39,771 nt of DNA from Candidatus Vogelbacteria bacterium. GTDB lineage: Bacteria; Patescibacteriota; Minisyncoccia; Phycocordibacterales; JACRKE01. The stretch covers positions 1-39,771 of the forward strand of contig JACRKE010000011.1 in NCBI GenBank assembly GCA_016215335.1, written 5' to 3'. The notes under the pieces are model-generated. The model did no database searches, was not told the origin of the DNA, and saw only the letters and a list, made by a program, of their open reading frames with translations. A program made the translations under genes and the position numbers. Below are positions 1 through 7,976 of the stretch, piece by piece (position 1 is the stretch's first letter; every line of letters starts with the position of its first letter).

Positions 1-197
1 GCTTTCCTGAAGCCGACACCAATCTGCCTTTCGAGATTTCGGTTCGTGTTCGGCGGATCGAAAGCATGGGAAAGTCAGGTTGTGACTGGAAGATCGTGCT
101 CTACGACTTCAACAGCACCTTCGGGAAGCCTTATCTAGTAGGTACCTACAACTCCACATCGCGGCGCGGTTGGCTGACACCGGCTGCTTCAATCTAG
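1..197 (+). CDS. 3' end of a hypothetical protein (partial, starts before the window)
   Basis: Frame from nt 3 is open to TAG 195-197 (...PFEISVRVRRIESMGKSGCDWKIVLYDFNSTFGKPYLVGTYNSTSRRGWLTPAASI*) and is followed by a strong hairpin. Confidence 0.6.
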   Translation, partial: FPEADTNLPFEISVRVRRIESMGKSGCDWKIVLYDFNSTFGKPYLVGTYNSTSRRGWLTPAASI

Positions 198-214
198 CCA
201 GTTCAATCAACATT

Positions 215-272
215 GCCCCGACCACGGAGAGCCTTTAGCTCTCCGTGGTCGGGGCTCTTCATTTTCCTATTT
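215..272 (+). terminator. Intrinsic terminator, perfect 18-bp stem
   Basis: GCCCCGACCACGGAGAGC (215-232), loop CTTTA, GCTCTCCGTGGTCGGGGC (238-255), then T-rich tail. Confidence 0.8.
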
Positions 273-275
273 TAA

Positions 276-304
276 TTGACTAGAATGTTGATTAAGTATA
301 GGCT
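276..304 (+). promoter_or_regulatory. sigma70-type promoter, probably giving a leaderless mRNA
   Basis: TTGACT (276-281), 17 nt, TAGGCT (299-304); ATG only 6 nt downstream and no SD. Confidence 0.55.
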
Positions 305-310
305 TTTTGC

Positions 311-871
311 ATGAACGAAATTGAAGTAAAGGCACGCCTTAAAGACGCCAAGCATGGCAAGGATATTATTCGAAAGCTCAAGAAAGCAGGATGGAATTTC
401 GGTGCCACATTAAAGCAAAAAGATACTATATATTGCGACAAGGAGACGCTTAAGCGGTTTGACCAATTTACTCCAGTGCCATTCTCTCGTATTCGAATTC
501 AAGGAAAAATGGCGTGGTTTACATTGAAGAAAAGTGAGATCAACGAACTTGAGGGCATTGAATGCGAGACGGAAATTTCCGACCCCAAGGCCATGCACGA
601 AGCACTACTTCAGTTGGGCCAGTTTCCTGGGACTATCGTCGAGAAGAAACGGATTAAGGCAAAGAAAGGGAAATTGGAAGTGTGCATCGACGAGGTGAAA
701 GGTCTCGGCTGGTTTGTGGAAGTAGAAAAATTAACTAACGAAAAAGATTCGGAAAAAGTCCAAAGCGAATTATTTGATTTTCTAAAAACTTTTGGGATTG
801 AAGTAGAAGATCGAGTGGCCAACGGATACGACACACTTATTTACCGTAAGTTTGGTCCACTTAAGGCGTAG
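311..871 (+). CDS. cyaB: CYTH-domain protein, class IV adenylate cyclase (CyaB)-like
   Basis: N-terminal EIEVK (ExExK) motif, QKDTIY, RIR, TLK, ECET, KKR and CIDEVKGLGWFVEVE, typical of CYTH/CyaB. Confidence 0.8.
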   Translation: MNEIEVKARLKDAKHGKDIIRKLKKAGWNFGATLKQKDTIYCDKETLKRFDQFTPVPFSRIRIQGKMAWFTLKKSEINELEGIECETEISDPKAMHEALLQLGQFPGTIVEKKRIKAKKGKLEVCIDEVKGLGWFVEVEKLTNEKDSEKVQSELFDFLKTFGIEVEDRVANGYDTLIYRKFGPLKA

Positions 872-905
872 CCGAATTTTGGAAACAGGATTTCCAAAAT
901 TCGGC
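871..905. repeat. Perfect 15-bp inverted repeat; terminator and/or REP-like hairpin with a TTGGAA..TTCCAA core
   Basis: GCCGAATTTTGGAAA-CAGGA-TTTCCAAAATTCGGC directly after the cyaB stop, followed by T-runs. Confidence 0.75.
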
Positions 906-938
906 GTTAGTTTTTTGTGTTTTTAGGTCTGTGTTTTG

Positions 939-982
939 CCAGTTTAACCACAGGCGATTTCATCGCACCGGTGTTAAACTGG
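939..982. repeat. Imperfect hairpin immediately upstream of the smc start
   Basis: CCAGTTTAAC (939-948) pairs with GTTAAACTGG (973-982); inner GCGAT-TTC-ATCGC. Confidence 0.5.
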
Positions 983-986
983 TGTC

Positions 987-3095
987 ATGTACCTGAAGTC
1001 GATTGAACTCTCGGGTTTTAAATCTTTTGCGCGGAAGACTTCGCTAATTTTCAATGCGCCTGTGACTTCTGTGGTGGGTCCGAACGGTTCTGGTAAATCA
1101 AACGTGGCCGAAGCTTTCCGCTGGGTGCTTGGCGAGCAGGCGCTCTCAAACATTCGTGGTAAGCGCGGAGAGGATTTCATATTCAATGGTTCGACCGAAG
1201 CGGCGCGACTTAATCACGCGTCTGTCGCAATCTATTTTGATAATTCGAAGCGTCAATTTGCGGTCGAGAGCGAGGAAATCGTAATTGCGCGCCATGTCTA
1301 TCGCGACGGTACGAATGAGTATTATCTAAATCAATCCAAAGTTCGACTGATGGATATTGTTGAGCTCATGGCGTCAGTCGGACTTGGTAGCTCGAGCCAC
1401 TACATCATTAGTCAGGGTGAGGCCGACAGAATGCTCTCGGTCAATCAAAAAGAGCGCATGAAAATGGTTGAGGACGCGCTTGGACTTACTGTGTTTGAAA
1501 TCAAGAGAAAAGAGGCAGGGCGAAAGTTGGATAAGACGCAAGAAAATCTGAAGCAGGTGGAGGCGCTTCGTAGGGAGATCGTTCCCCATTTGAAATACCT
1601 AAAAAAGCAGGTAGAACAGATCGAGCGAGCAGAGGCCATGAAGTCAGAGCTCAAAGGTTTGTACAGAACATATTTTGCATCGGAGGATGCCTACTTAAAA
1701 CTCGAGCACGGCAAGATTACGGAAGAACTGAAGACAAACAATCATGAGTTAGGAATAGTTGAGAAAGAGATAGAGAAGAATCAGGGTATTGCCGCACCTG
1801 ATAGTGAGAGTAAGAAACAACTTGAGACGCAGTTGCTTGAATCAGAGAGAACTCTCGGAAAGGTGCGAGCTACGAAGGATGAGCTCTCACGAACTATTGG
1901 GAGACTCGAAGGAACTATTGAGTCGGAAGAAAATTCAGGTGAGAGAAGTTGGCAGAAAGCAGAGGAGGGCAAATCGTGTCCTGTGTGCGGGCAACTTGTA
2001 ACAGAGCACTCAAACAAGGAGAAGCTCGAAGCATTATGGTTCGCTCGCGAAGCGAAGCTTCGCGAGCTCAAGACCCAGAAATTGGAAGCAGACAAGATTA
2101 TGCTTGAGGCCGATAGACAGAGTAAGATTTTAACCGAGAGAATTTTTGAAATCAGAAAAAAGATTGCTCTTACAGAAGAGCAGGGAAGGGTCGCTAGTGA
2201 GAAAGTGTACTCATTTCGTGCGAAGAAACAGGAGTTTGTCTCAAACATTTCGCTCCTTAAAATGCGAGAGGAGAAAATCCATATTGAGATTAATGCCTTC
2301 AAACGTGAATGCGGCGAGGCAGCGGTGCTTATCGGTCGCGACGTTCTCGATTACGAGGCGACAACACTTGCCGAGAATGTTCCACGCGAAGTACAGGAAA
2401 CTCGTAAACACAGTATCGAAAGATTAAAGATTAGAATCGAAGAGATTGGCGGAGGACATTCAGATGTACTCAAGGAGTATCAAGAGCTCAATGAGCGTGA
2501 GCAATATCTTGTGAAAGAAATTGCAGATTTGAATTCAGCTATCGAGTCACTCCAGAAACTCATGGCGGATTTAATCACTCAATTGAAGACCCAATTCAAG
2601 ACAGGTTTTGAGAAAATCAATACGCAATTCAACTTTTATTTCAACGTGCTTTTCGGTGGTGGTTCTGCAGAACTTTCAATCATTGCCCTGAAGCCACAGC
2701 TAGGCGAAGATGAACCTGAGTTGGGAGATAAACCAGAGGAGGGAATTGAGATAAGTGTGTCACTGCCTCGCAAAAAGATCCGCGGACTTCAGATGCTTTC
2801 GGGCGGAGAACGAACACTGACCTCACTTGCGTTGCTCTTCGCTGTAACTCAAGTGAATCCACCACCATTTCTAATACTCGACGAGACAGATGCGGCACTC
2901 GACGAAGCGAATTCAAAGAAATATGGCGACATGCTCGAGGGTCTAGCCAAGAAATCCCAACTTGTGATAATCACCCACAACCGAGAGACAATGTCCCACG
3001 CGGGAGTGCTCTATGGTATTACAATGGGCAAAGACGCAGTCTCGCGAGTTCTATCTATAAAGTTCGAAGAAGCGGAACAGATGGCGGCAAGGTAA
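987..3095 (+). CDS. smc: Short SMC-family chromosome segregation ATPase with a central CPVCG zinc-hook motif and no recognisable hinge
   Basis: GFKSF, Walker A GPNGSGKSN, Q-loop IISQG, signature LSGGE, PPPFLILDETDAALD, ITH; coiled coils between; CPVCG at aa 331-335. Confidence 0.88.
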   Translation: MYLKSIELSGFKSFARKTSLIFNAPVTSVVGPNGSGKSNVAEAFRWVLGEQALSNIRGKRGEDFIFNGSTEAARLNHASVAIYFDNSKRQFAVESEEIVIARHVYRDGTNEYYLNQSKVRLMDIVELMASVGLGSSSHYIISQGEADRMLSVNQKERMKMVEDALGLTVFEIKRKEAGRKLDKTQENLKQVEALRREIVPHLKYLKKQVEQIERAEAMKSELKGLYRTYFASEDAYLKLEHGKITEELKTNNHELGIVEKEIEKNQGIAAPDSESKKQLETQLLESERTLGKVRATKDELSRTIGRLEGTIESEENSGERSWQKAEEGKSCPVCGQLVTEHSNKEKLEALWFAREAKLRELKTQKLEADKIMLEADRQSKILTERIFEIRKKIALTEEQGRVASEKVYSFRAKKQEFVSNISLLKMREEKIHIEINAFKRECGEAAVLIGRDVLDYEATTLAENVPREVQETRKHSIERLKIRIEEIGGGHSDVLKEYQELNEREQYLVKEIADLNSAIESLQKLMADLITQLKTQFKTGFEKINTQFNFYFNVLFGGGSAELSIIALKPQLGEDEPELGDKPEEGIEISVSLPRKKIRGLQMLSGGERTLTSLALLFAVTQVNPPPFLILDETDAALDEANSKKYGDMLEGLAKKSQLVIITHNRETMSHAGVLYGITMGKDAVSRVLSIKFEEAEQMAAR
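2043..2067. repeat. Perfect 11-bp hairpin inside smc
   Basis: GCTCGCGAAGC-GAA-GCTTCGCGAGC. Confidence 0.6.
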
Positions 3096-3103
3096 TGAGT
3101 CTT

Positions 3104-3144
3104 TTTCTAGTCGTCCAACGACTAAGTCGTTGGACGACTAGAAA
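3104..3144. repeat. REP-like palindrome, left copy (doublet of two hairpins)
   Basis: TTTCTAGTCGTCCAACGACT-A-AGTCGTTGGACGACTAGAAA; 20-bp arms, each arm itself a hairpin AGTCGT-(CCA/TGG)-ACGACT. Confidence 0.9.
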
Positions 3145-3159
3145 GTTTTGGTGTACAAT
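3131..3159 (+). promoter_or_regulatory. Putative leaderless promoter of the RAYT gene with its -35 inside the REP
   Basis: TGGACG (3131-3136), 17 nt, TACAAT (3154-3159), ATG 7 nt later. Confidence 0.5.
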
Positions 3160-3166
3160 TTAATGT

Positions 3167-3835
3167 ATGGAAATTCTACGCTCCGAGTACATTGTGGAAG
3201 ACGAATACTATCACGTTTACAATCGTGGGACTGATCACCGTGCTATTGTGCAAGACAAGTATGATTCTGATAGATTTATCGATAGTCTAATCGCTTTCAA
3301 CTCAGTGGAACCTATCCAGAGCATTTACTGGAATGAATACGAACGCAATAAGATGGGTTTTGAGAAGCAAGGGAACGTCAATCAAAAAAAATTAGTAGAG
3401 ATAATTTGTTATTGCTTGAACCCTAATCATTACCATTTGATTTTGAAACCTATATCGAAGAATGGCATAAGTGAATTCATGAAAAGGATAGCAGGCTACT
3501 CTAGGTATTTTAACGAGCGCTACAAGAGATCTGGATCATTATTCCAAGGCAAATACAAGGTAAAACATCTAGATTCAAATGATTACCTACTCCATGCCAG
3601 CGCATATGTAAATATTAATTTTAAGGTACATGACATTCATGAACCTGCTTTGAAGTTGGTTCGCTCAAGTTACGATCAATATTTTAGTGACTCGACAGGC
3701 ATTTGCGTGACCGACATTATTTTAGATCAATTTTCGAATACGGCAGAGTATATAAAATTTTGTAATGATTCACTTGAGTTGATGAAACAGCGTAAGGTAG
3801 AGGATAAGGAATTTAAAAAGCTCCTATTAGAATAA
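3167..3835 (+). CDS. REP-associated tyrosine transposase (IS200/IS605-related Y1 HUH, TnpA-REP/RAYT)
   Basis: YYHVYNRG, YCLNPNHYHLIL (HUH), YSRYFNERYKRSGSLFQGKYK, candidate catalytic Tyr in SAYVNIN, RSSY. Confidence 0.9.
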   Translation: MEILRSEYIVEDEYYHVYNRGTDHRAIVQDKYDSDRFIDSLIAFNSVEPIQSIYWNEYERNKMGFEKQGNVNQKKLVEIICYCLNPNHYHLILKPISKNGISEFMKRIAGYSRYFNERYKRSGSLFQGKYKVKHLDSNDYLLHASAYVNINFKVHDIHEPALKLVRSSYDQYFSDSTGICVTDIILDQFSNTAEYIKFCNDSLELMKQRKVEDKEFKKLLLE

Positions 3836-3884
3836 TTCTAGTCGTCCAACGACTTAGTCGTTGGACGACTAGAACGACTAGAAA
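3836..3884. repeat. REP-like palindrome, right copy, plus 9-bp tandem duplication
   Basis: TTCTAGTCGTCCAACGACT-T-AGTCGTTGGACGACTAGAA (3836-3874), the reverse complement of the left copy; CGACTAGAA repeated at 3866-3874 and 3875-3883. Confidence 0.9.
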
Positions 3885-3996
3885 GAAGAGATTGGGTGAG
3901 GAACATGGAAATATTTAAGGAGATTTTAGCCGCATACCTGGTTTGGTATACGGCTGGTGAAGGATTCTCTGCCGAACGTTAGCCGGAGTGCATGGC

Positions 3997-4443
3997 CTAA
4001 TCTTCGTCGGGGACCGGCAGGATGTGCTCTATGAATTGCGCGAGGAGGCGCTTGTAGCCTCGCTTTACCGCGTGCATCGAACGATCGCACCTGGGGTCGT
4101 AGGCGCTGATTACGAACGAGCTCTTGTTCGGCTTGGCCACGAATCGAATCTTGTCGGTGAGGCCGATTGATCCAGACACGTCGATGGTGACGATGTAGTG
4201 GTCGATCTCTTTCGAGCGCTGGGGCATCGGGGCAATACGGAGGCTGTACCCGCGATTCGCAACCACATCGATGAAATCGCTCTCCATATCTGTGGCCAGT
4301 TGAACCGAAGTGTGATTCGGTATGGGCTGAAGCCACCATGGTTCCCCATTTAACATGATACTGAGTTGCGAGACGATCTGAACCGCCGTCAGCTCGAGTG
4401 GGGTCAGGTTGGTTTCTCCAACCAGTTGGACCTTTTTCTTCAC
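3997..4443 (-). CDS. Hypothetical protein (ORFan, 148 aa)
   Basis: GTG start preceded by AGGAGG SD; own sigma70 promoter upstream; protein-like composition. Confidence 0.7.
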   Translation of the reverse strand: MKKKVQLVGETNLTPLELTAVQIVSQLSIMLNGEPWWLQPIPNHTSVQLATDMESDFIDVVANRGYSLRIAPMPQRSKEIDHYIVTIDVSGSIGLTDKIRFVAKPNKSSFVISAYDPRCDRSMHAVKRGYKRLLAQFIEHILPVPDED

Positions 4444-4512
4444 GATTCCTCCTGTCTTTGTGGGCCTTAACCACCATATTTACGGCTGGATGACTGTTGC
4501 TTTCTGATTCAA

Positions 4513-4541
4513 ATAGTATCAGGATGGAGTGAGTTTGTCAA
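4513..4541 (-). promoter_or_regulatory. sigma70 promoter for 3997-4443
   Basis: TTGACA (4541-4536), 17 nt, TGA-TACTAT (4518-4513) on the minus strand. Confidence 0.7.
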
Positions 4542-4555
4542 AAACTTCGACCAAA

Positions 4556-6478
4556 CTAAACTTCCACAATCTTGTACGTAATTGTTCTGTTTTGGAGGTC
4601 TGTTGCCATAACTTTTACCTTTAGTTTGTCGCCCAGGCGATATTTTTTGCCTTTTTTGCTGCCTACTAGTTGCAGACTCTTTTCGTCATAATTGTAATAA
4701 TCGTCGGTCATTTCGCGCATTCGGATCATGCCCTCACTTGCGGACTCTTTCTCCTGCACGTACATGCCGTACTCTGTAACGCCGGAAATTGTGGCGTCGA
4801 ACACTTTACCTATTCGCTCGCTCATGAATTCAACCTGTTTCATTTTTATTGAATCCCATTCCGCTTCCATCGCTTTACGTTCCATGTCTGAACAGTGCTC
4901 GCATAGTTTCTCAAATTTGCTTTTTGCCGCTTCGCCTACGGGGGCTTTGTGTTCAAGATACGTTTGAAGAAGGCGATGGACCATTACATCCGGATATCGT
5001 CTGATGGGCGATGTAAAATGAGTGTAGTAATCAAAGGCGAGGCCGTAGTGACCTATGTTTTTGGTAGAATATATAGCCTTTGCCATTGAACGCATGACAG
5101 TAGTCGAGATCAGCTGTTCCTCGCGAGTATCTTGAACTTTATCAAGTAGAGCAGAGAGCTGACTTGATTCAACCTGGCCGTCGTGCATTTTGAGCTGGTG
5201 TCCAAACTGCTTCACGAGCGCCTGCAAATTGCCCATCTTTTTAATGTCTGGATAGTCGTGGATTCTGTATACGAAAATGTTGGCCTCGCCTTGATCCTTG
5301 TGTTCAAAAACGTGTTCCGCCACCACTCGGTTTGCAAGTAACATGTATTCCTCGATCATTTTGTTGGTGTCTTGACGAAGTTTCTTGTATACGAAAAGCG
5401 GTTTGCCGTTTTCGTCCAGCTTGAACTTTATCTCATCTGTCTCAAATGCAATTGCACCCTCGGCAAACTTCTTTAGGGCCATTTTTTTGGCCAGCTCATT
5501 CATCGTGTTTAGTTCATCGTAGTAGAGTCCTCTTTTGTTGTCCAAGATCTCTTGAGCTTCTTCGTAAGTGAAGCGCTTGTCAGAGTGGATCACAGTTCGT
5601 CCGAGCCAGTAGTCCACCACGTCGGCTTCAGGGGTGAGTGCTACAACGCAAGAAAAAGTAAGTCTGTCTTTGTCGGCTTCAAGACTGGCAAGATTGTTAG
5701 AGAGTCTCTCCGGAAGCATTGGAATCACTCGATCGACTAAGTAAATCGAAGTCGCGCGATGCTTGGCTTCTTCGTCGAGTGCTGTGTCTTCACGCAGGAA
5801 ATGTGATACGTCAGCAATATGAATTCCAATTTCGTAATTACCGTCCGACTTTTTTTCAAATGAAAGTGCGTCGTCGAAGTCCTTTGCGTTATCAGGGTCA
5901 ATTGTAAAAGTTAGCACCTTTCTGAAGTCTCTTCTTTTAGATAGTTCCTCTTTTGAAATCTCTTCAGGAATTGCCTCGACTTCTTTTTCAATTTCACGAG
6001 GGAATTTGTCGGCTAGGCCCTGCGAACGAAGTATTGCCTTCATTTCCACATTGTTGTCACCTGCTATCCCTAAAACCTCAACTACTTTTCCGGCAGGGAA
6101 CTGTTCGGTTGTGGACCAGTCGAGCATTTTCACGACGACTTTTTCGCCCACTTTTGCATTCATAAGGTCGTTTTGTGCCATAAGAAAACGTACGTGAATT
6201 CGTCTATCATCTGACTTGAGCCAGTAGTGACACTCACTAGTTTCGATTGTTCCGACATACGTCTCAGAAGCACGACTTACAACTCTGATAACAGAGCCCT
6301 CTTGTCTTCGGTTGTAATCTTTAGGCAAAAGCTCAATTGCCACGGTGTCTCTGTGCAGTACATTTTTTAGATTTTCTGGTGTAATGATAACGTCCTCCTC
6401 GAGTTCTTCAGATGTTACGTATCCGACGCCTTTACTATTTATGCTTATCGTTCCCATTATCTCTTTTTGGTCTTTCAT
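4556..6478 (-). CDS. rnr: Ribonuclease R (RNase II/R family)
   Basis: FTIDPDNAKDFDDA catalytic motif, HIADVSH, YTHFTSPIRRYPD, N-terminal CSDs and C-terminal S1. Confidence 0.95.
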   Translation of the reverse strand: MKDQKEIMGTISINSKGVGYVTSEELEEDVIITPENLKNVLHRDTVAIELLPKDYNRRQEGSVIRVVSRASETYVGTIETSECHYWLKSDDRRIHVRFLMAQNDLMNAKVGEKVVVKMLDWSTTEQFPAGKVVEVLGIAGDNNVEMKAILRSQGLADKFPREIEKEVEAIPEEISKEELSKRRDFRKVLTFTIDPDNAKDFDDALSFEKKSDGNYEIGIHIADVSHFLREDTALDEEAKHRATSIYLVDRVIPMLPERLSNNLASLEADKDRLTFSCVVALTPEADVVDYWLGRTVIHSDKRFTYEEAQEILDNKRGLYYDELNTMNELAKKMALKKFAEGAIAFETDEIKFKLDENGKPLFVYKKLRQDTNKMIEEYMLLANRVVAEHVFEHKDQGEANIFVYRIHDYPDIKKMGNLQALVKQFGHQLKMHDGQVESSQLSALLDKVQDTREEQLISTTVMRSMAKAIYSTKNIGHYGLAFDYYTHFTSPIRRYPDVMVHRLLQTYLEHKAPVGEAAKSKFEKLCEHCSDMERKAMEAEWDSIKMKQVEFMSERIGKVFDATISGVTEYGMYVQEKESASEGMIRMREMTDDYYNYDEKSLQLVGSKKGKKYRLGDKLKVKVMATDLQNRTITYKIVEV

Positions 6479-6517
6479 ATATTAAAGTAGTTATAACACA
6501 AATTGCATAAATGAGTA

Positions 6518-6540
6518 AGCCGGCCCCTCTGGGGCCGGCT
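6518..6540 (-). terminator. GC-rich hairpin after 6560-6889
   Basis: AGCCGGCCCC-TCT-GGGGCCGGCT; weak U-tail. Confidence 0.6.
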
Positions 6541-6559
6541 GGTAGAAGCGTTCAAAGCT

Positions 6560-6889
6560 CTAGTTGTGTACAATCGGCGTCGTGCAAGGTAGCTTCCAGC
6601 TTGATGCTTTATCCTGATACGCTGGACTCTCGAAGTTGCGCCGAAATGCTACGAGCTGTGGGTTTGCTTTGATATCGTCGACGAGTGATTCATCGACTTG
6701 CACCCACGAACTTTTGGAGAACTTCTTGAACTTGCGTTCGCCTTTCAGTTTGACATAGGGGATGACGTAGTAGACTCCTGATTCCTCACAGAGCTTATAC
6801 CTGTGCTCATCTCCCTTTGACCAAAACACATCAATTACAACAGCAAACTGCTCGTCTGCCATCAGTTTTGACGTCCTTTCGCGGATCAT
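6560..6889 (-). CDS. Hypothetical protein (109 aa)
   Basis: Isolated ORF with GGAG upstream and a hairpin downstream; no recognisable motif. Confidence 0.6.
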   Translation of the reverse strand: MIRERTSKLMADEQFAVVIDVFWSKGDEHRYKLCEESGVYYVIPYVKLKGERKFKKFSKSSWVQVDESLVDDIKANPQLVAFRRNFESPAYQDKASSWKLPCTTPIVHN

Positions 6890-6943
6890 TGCCGCAGGTT
6901 AACTTCTCCGGAGATGACTTTACCAGAAAATTGATTTTAGTGC

Positions 6944-6972
6944 TAGACACCAGACTTTTTCTCTGCTATCAT
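6944..6972 (+). promoter_or_regulatory. Promoter for rpsP, probably leaderless
   Basis: TAGACA (6944-6949), 17 nt, TGC-TATCAT (6967-6972); ATG 8 nt later and no SD. Confidence 0.55.
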
Positions 6973-6980
6973 CTTTAACT

Positions 6981-7322
6981 ATGTTAATGATAAGATTACA
7001 GCGCGTCGGACGAGCAAATGATCCATCTTTCCGCGTGGTTTTAACCGAAAAAAGAAACGCTACAAAGAGTGGTAAATTCTTGGAAGTTTTGGGGTCTTAC
7101 AATTCCCGCGGAGGTAAGGCGGTTCTAAACAAAGAGCGTGTCACTAAATGGCTCAAAGACGGAGTGCAGCTTTCAGATACTGCCAGAAATATTTTGATAA
7201 ATCATAAACTTATCAAAGGGGATAAAGTTAAGTTCATAGGGAAGAACAAGACGAAAGAGGTAGTAGCTGAAGTTAAAGCTCAAGAGACTAAAGCTCCAGA
7301 AGCCGCTACTGCACAGGTTTAG
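6981..7322 (+). CDS. rpsP: 30S ribosomal protein S16
   Basis: MLMIRLQRVGR...FRVV...GKFLEVLGSYN...WLKDGVQLSDT, typical bS16. Confidence 0.95.
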   Translation: MLMIRLQRVGRANDPSFRVVLTEKRNATKSGKFLEVLGSYNSRGGKAVLNKERVTKWLKDGVQLSDTARNILINHKLIKGDKVKFIGKNKTKEVVAEVKAQETKAPEAATAQV

Positions 7323-7331
7323 TATTTGCAC

Positions 7332-7363
7332 ATTCGAAGGGCGAAACCTTTCGCCCTTCGAAT
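7332..7363. repeat. Perfect 15-bp inverted repeat after rpsP (terminator or REP-like)
   Basis: ATTCGAAGGGCGAAA-CC-TTTCGCCCTTCGAAT. Confidence 0.7.
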
Positions 7364-7479
7364 TCTTATCCCCAACGTGTATCTATTGCGAATGTCGGGT
7401 ATTGTATTGTACAATTTTAATAAGCAGTAACCCTCACTTTCGAGGTGGTCGAACAGCTGCGGTAGTAATGATTAAAAGA

Positions 7480-7601
7480 TAGGACTTGCGCAAATGGCGC
7501 ATAACTTTGTCGAAAGTTCCGTTTGCTCGTCAATGTACGTCAGTACATTTTCTCGCAATACTCACTTTCTTCGCGTTCTGCATCCATTTGCTCATGTCCT
7601 A
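7480..7601. repeat. 122-nt long imperfect palindromic element (RPE/MITE-like or structured leader)
   Basis: Termini TAGGACTTGCGCAAATGG / CCATTTGCTCATGTCCTA (16/18 complementary); inner GAAAGT/ACTTTC, TTGC/GCAA and AATGTAC-GTCA-GTACATT. Confidence 0.7.
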
Positions 7602-7617
7602 GGATAGCAAGACTATA

Positions 7618-7971
7618 ATGACACAGGAAAGAGATCAGGAGTTTCTTGAATTCGTAATCAAGGCTCTAGTAGATAATCCAAATGACGTCAAGATCACTCG
7701 AACAGTAGATGAGATGGGTGTATTGCTCACACTTATTGTACACCGAGATGATATGGGTAAGGTGATCGGCCGATCAGGTAATACTGCTAAGGCTGTTAGA
7801 ACACTCCTCCGCGTAGTAGGAATGAAATACAATGCTCGCGTGAACCTAAAGATTGAGGAGCCGGAAGGTGGCCGAGGTCCTATGGGAGCCGGTGCGGATA
7901 CGCCACGTGAGTCGCAGAACTTGCCAGCTACAAAGACTGTAGATGAGGCGATGGCGGATTTGAAGCTCTAA
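7618..7971 (+). CDS. khpA: KH-domain RNA-binding protein KhpA (YlqC)
   Basis: LVDNPNDV, DDMGKVIGRSGNTAKAVRTLL (GxxG KH motif); position downstream of rpsP. Confidence 0.9.
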   Translation: MTQERDQEFLEFVIKALVDNPNDVKITRTVDEMGVLLTLIVHRDDMGKVIGRSGNTAKAVRTLLRVVGMKYNARVNLKIEEPEGGRGPMGAGADTPRESQNLPATKTVDEAMADLKL

Positions 7972-7976
7972 AATTC

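Larger units (their letters stand above)
3104..3884 (+). mobile_element. RAYT (REP-associated tyrosine transposase) locus bounded by REP-like palindromes
   Basis: HUH Y1 nuclease gene tightly flanked by two near-identical palindromes; looks AT-richer than its neighbours (by eye). Confidence 0.75.

Noticed and set aside
3104-3884. CRISPR array or classical IS with terminal inverted repeats
   Set aside because: Only two repeat copies separated by a gene, no spacers or cas genes; the enzyme is HUH-type rather than DDE and no tnpB is present
3926-4477. 183-aa alternative-frame ORF
   Set aside because: It overlaps 3997-4443, which has a clear SD and more protein-like composition
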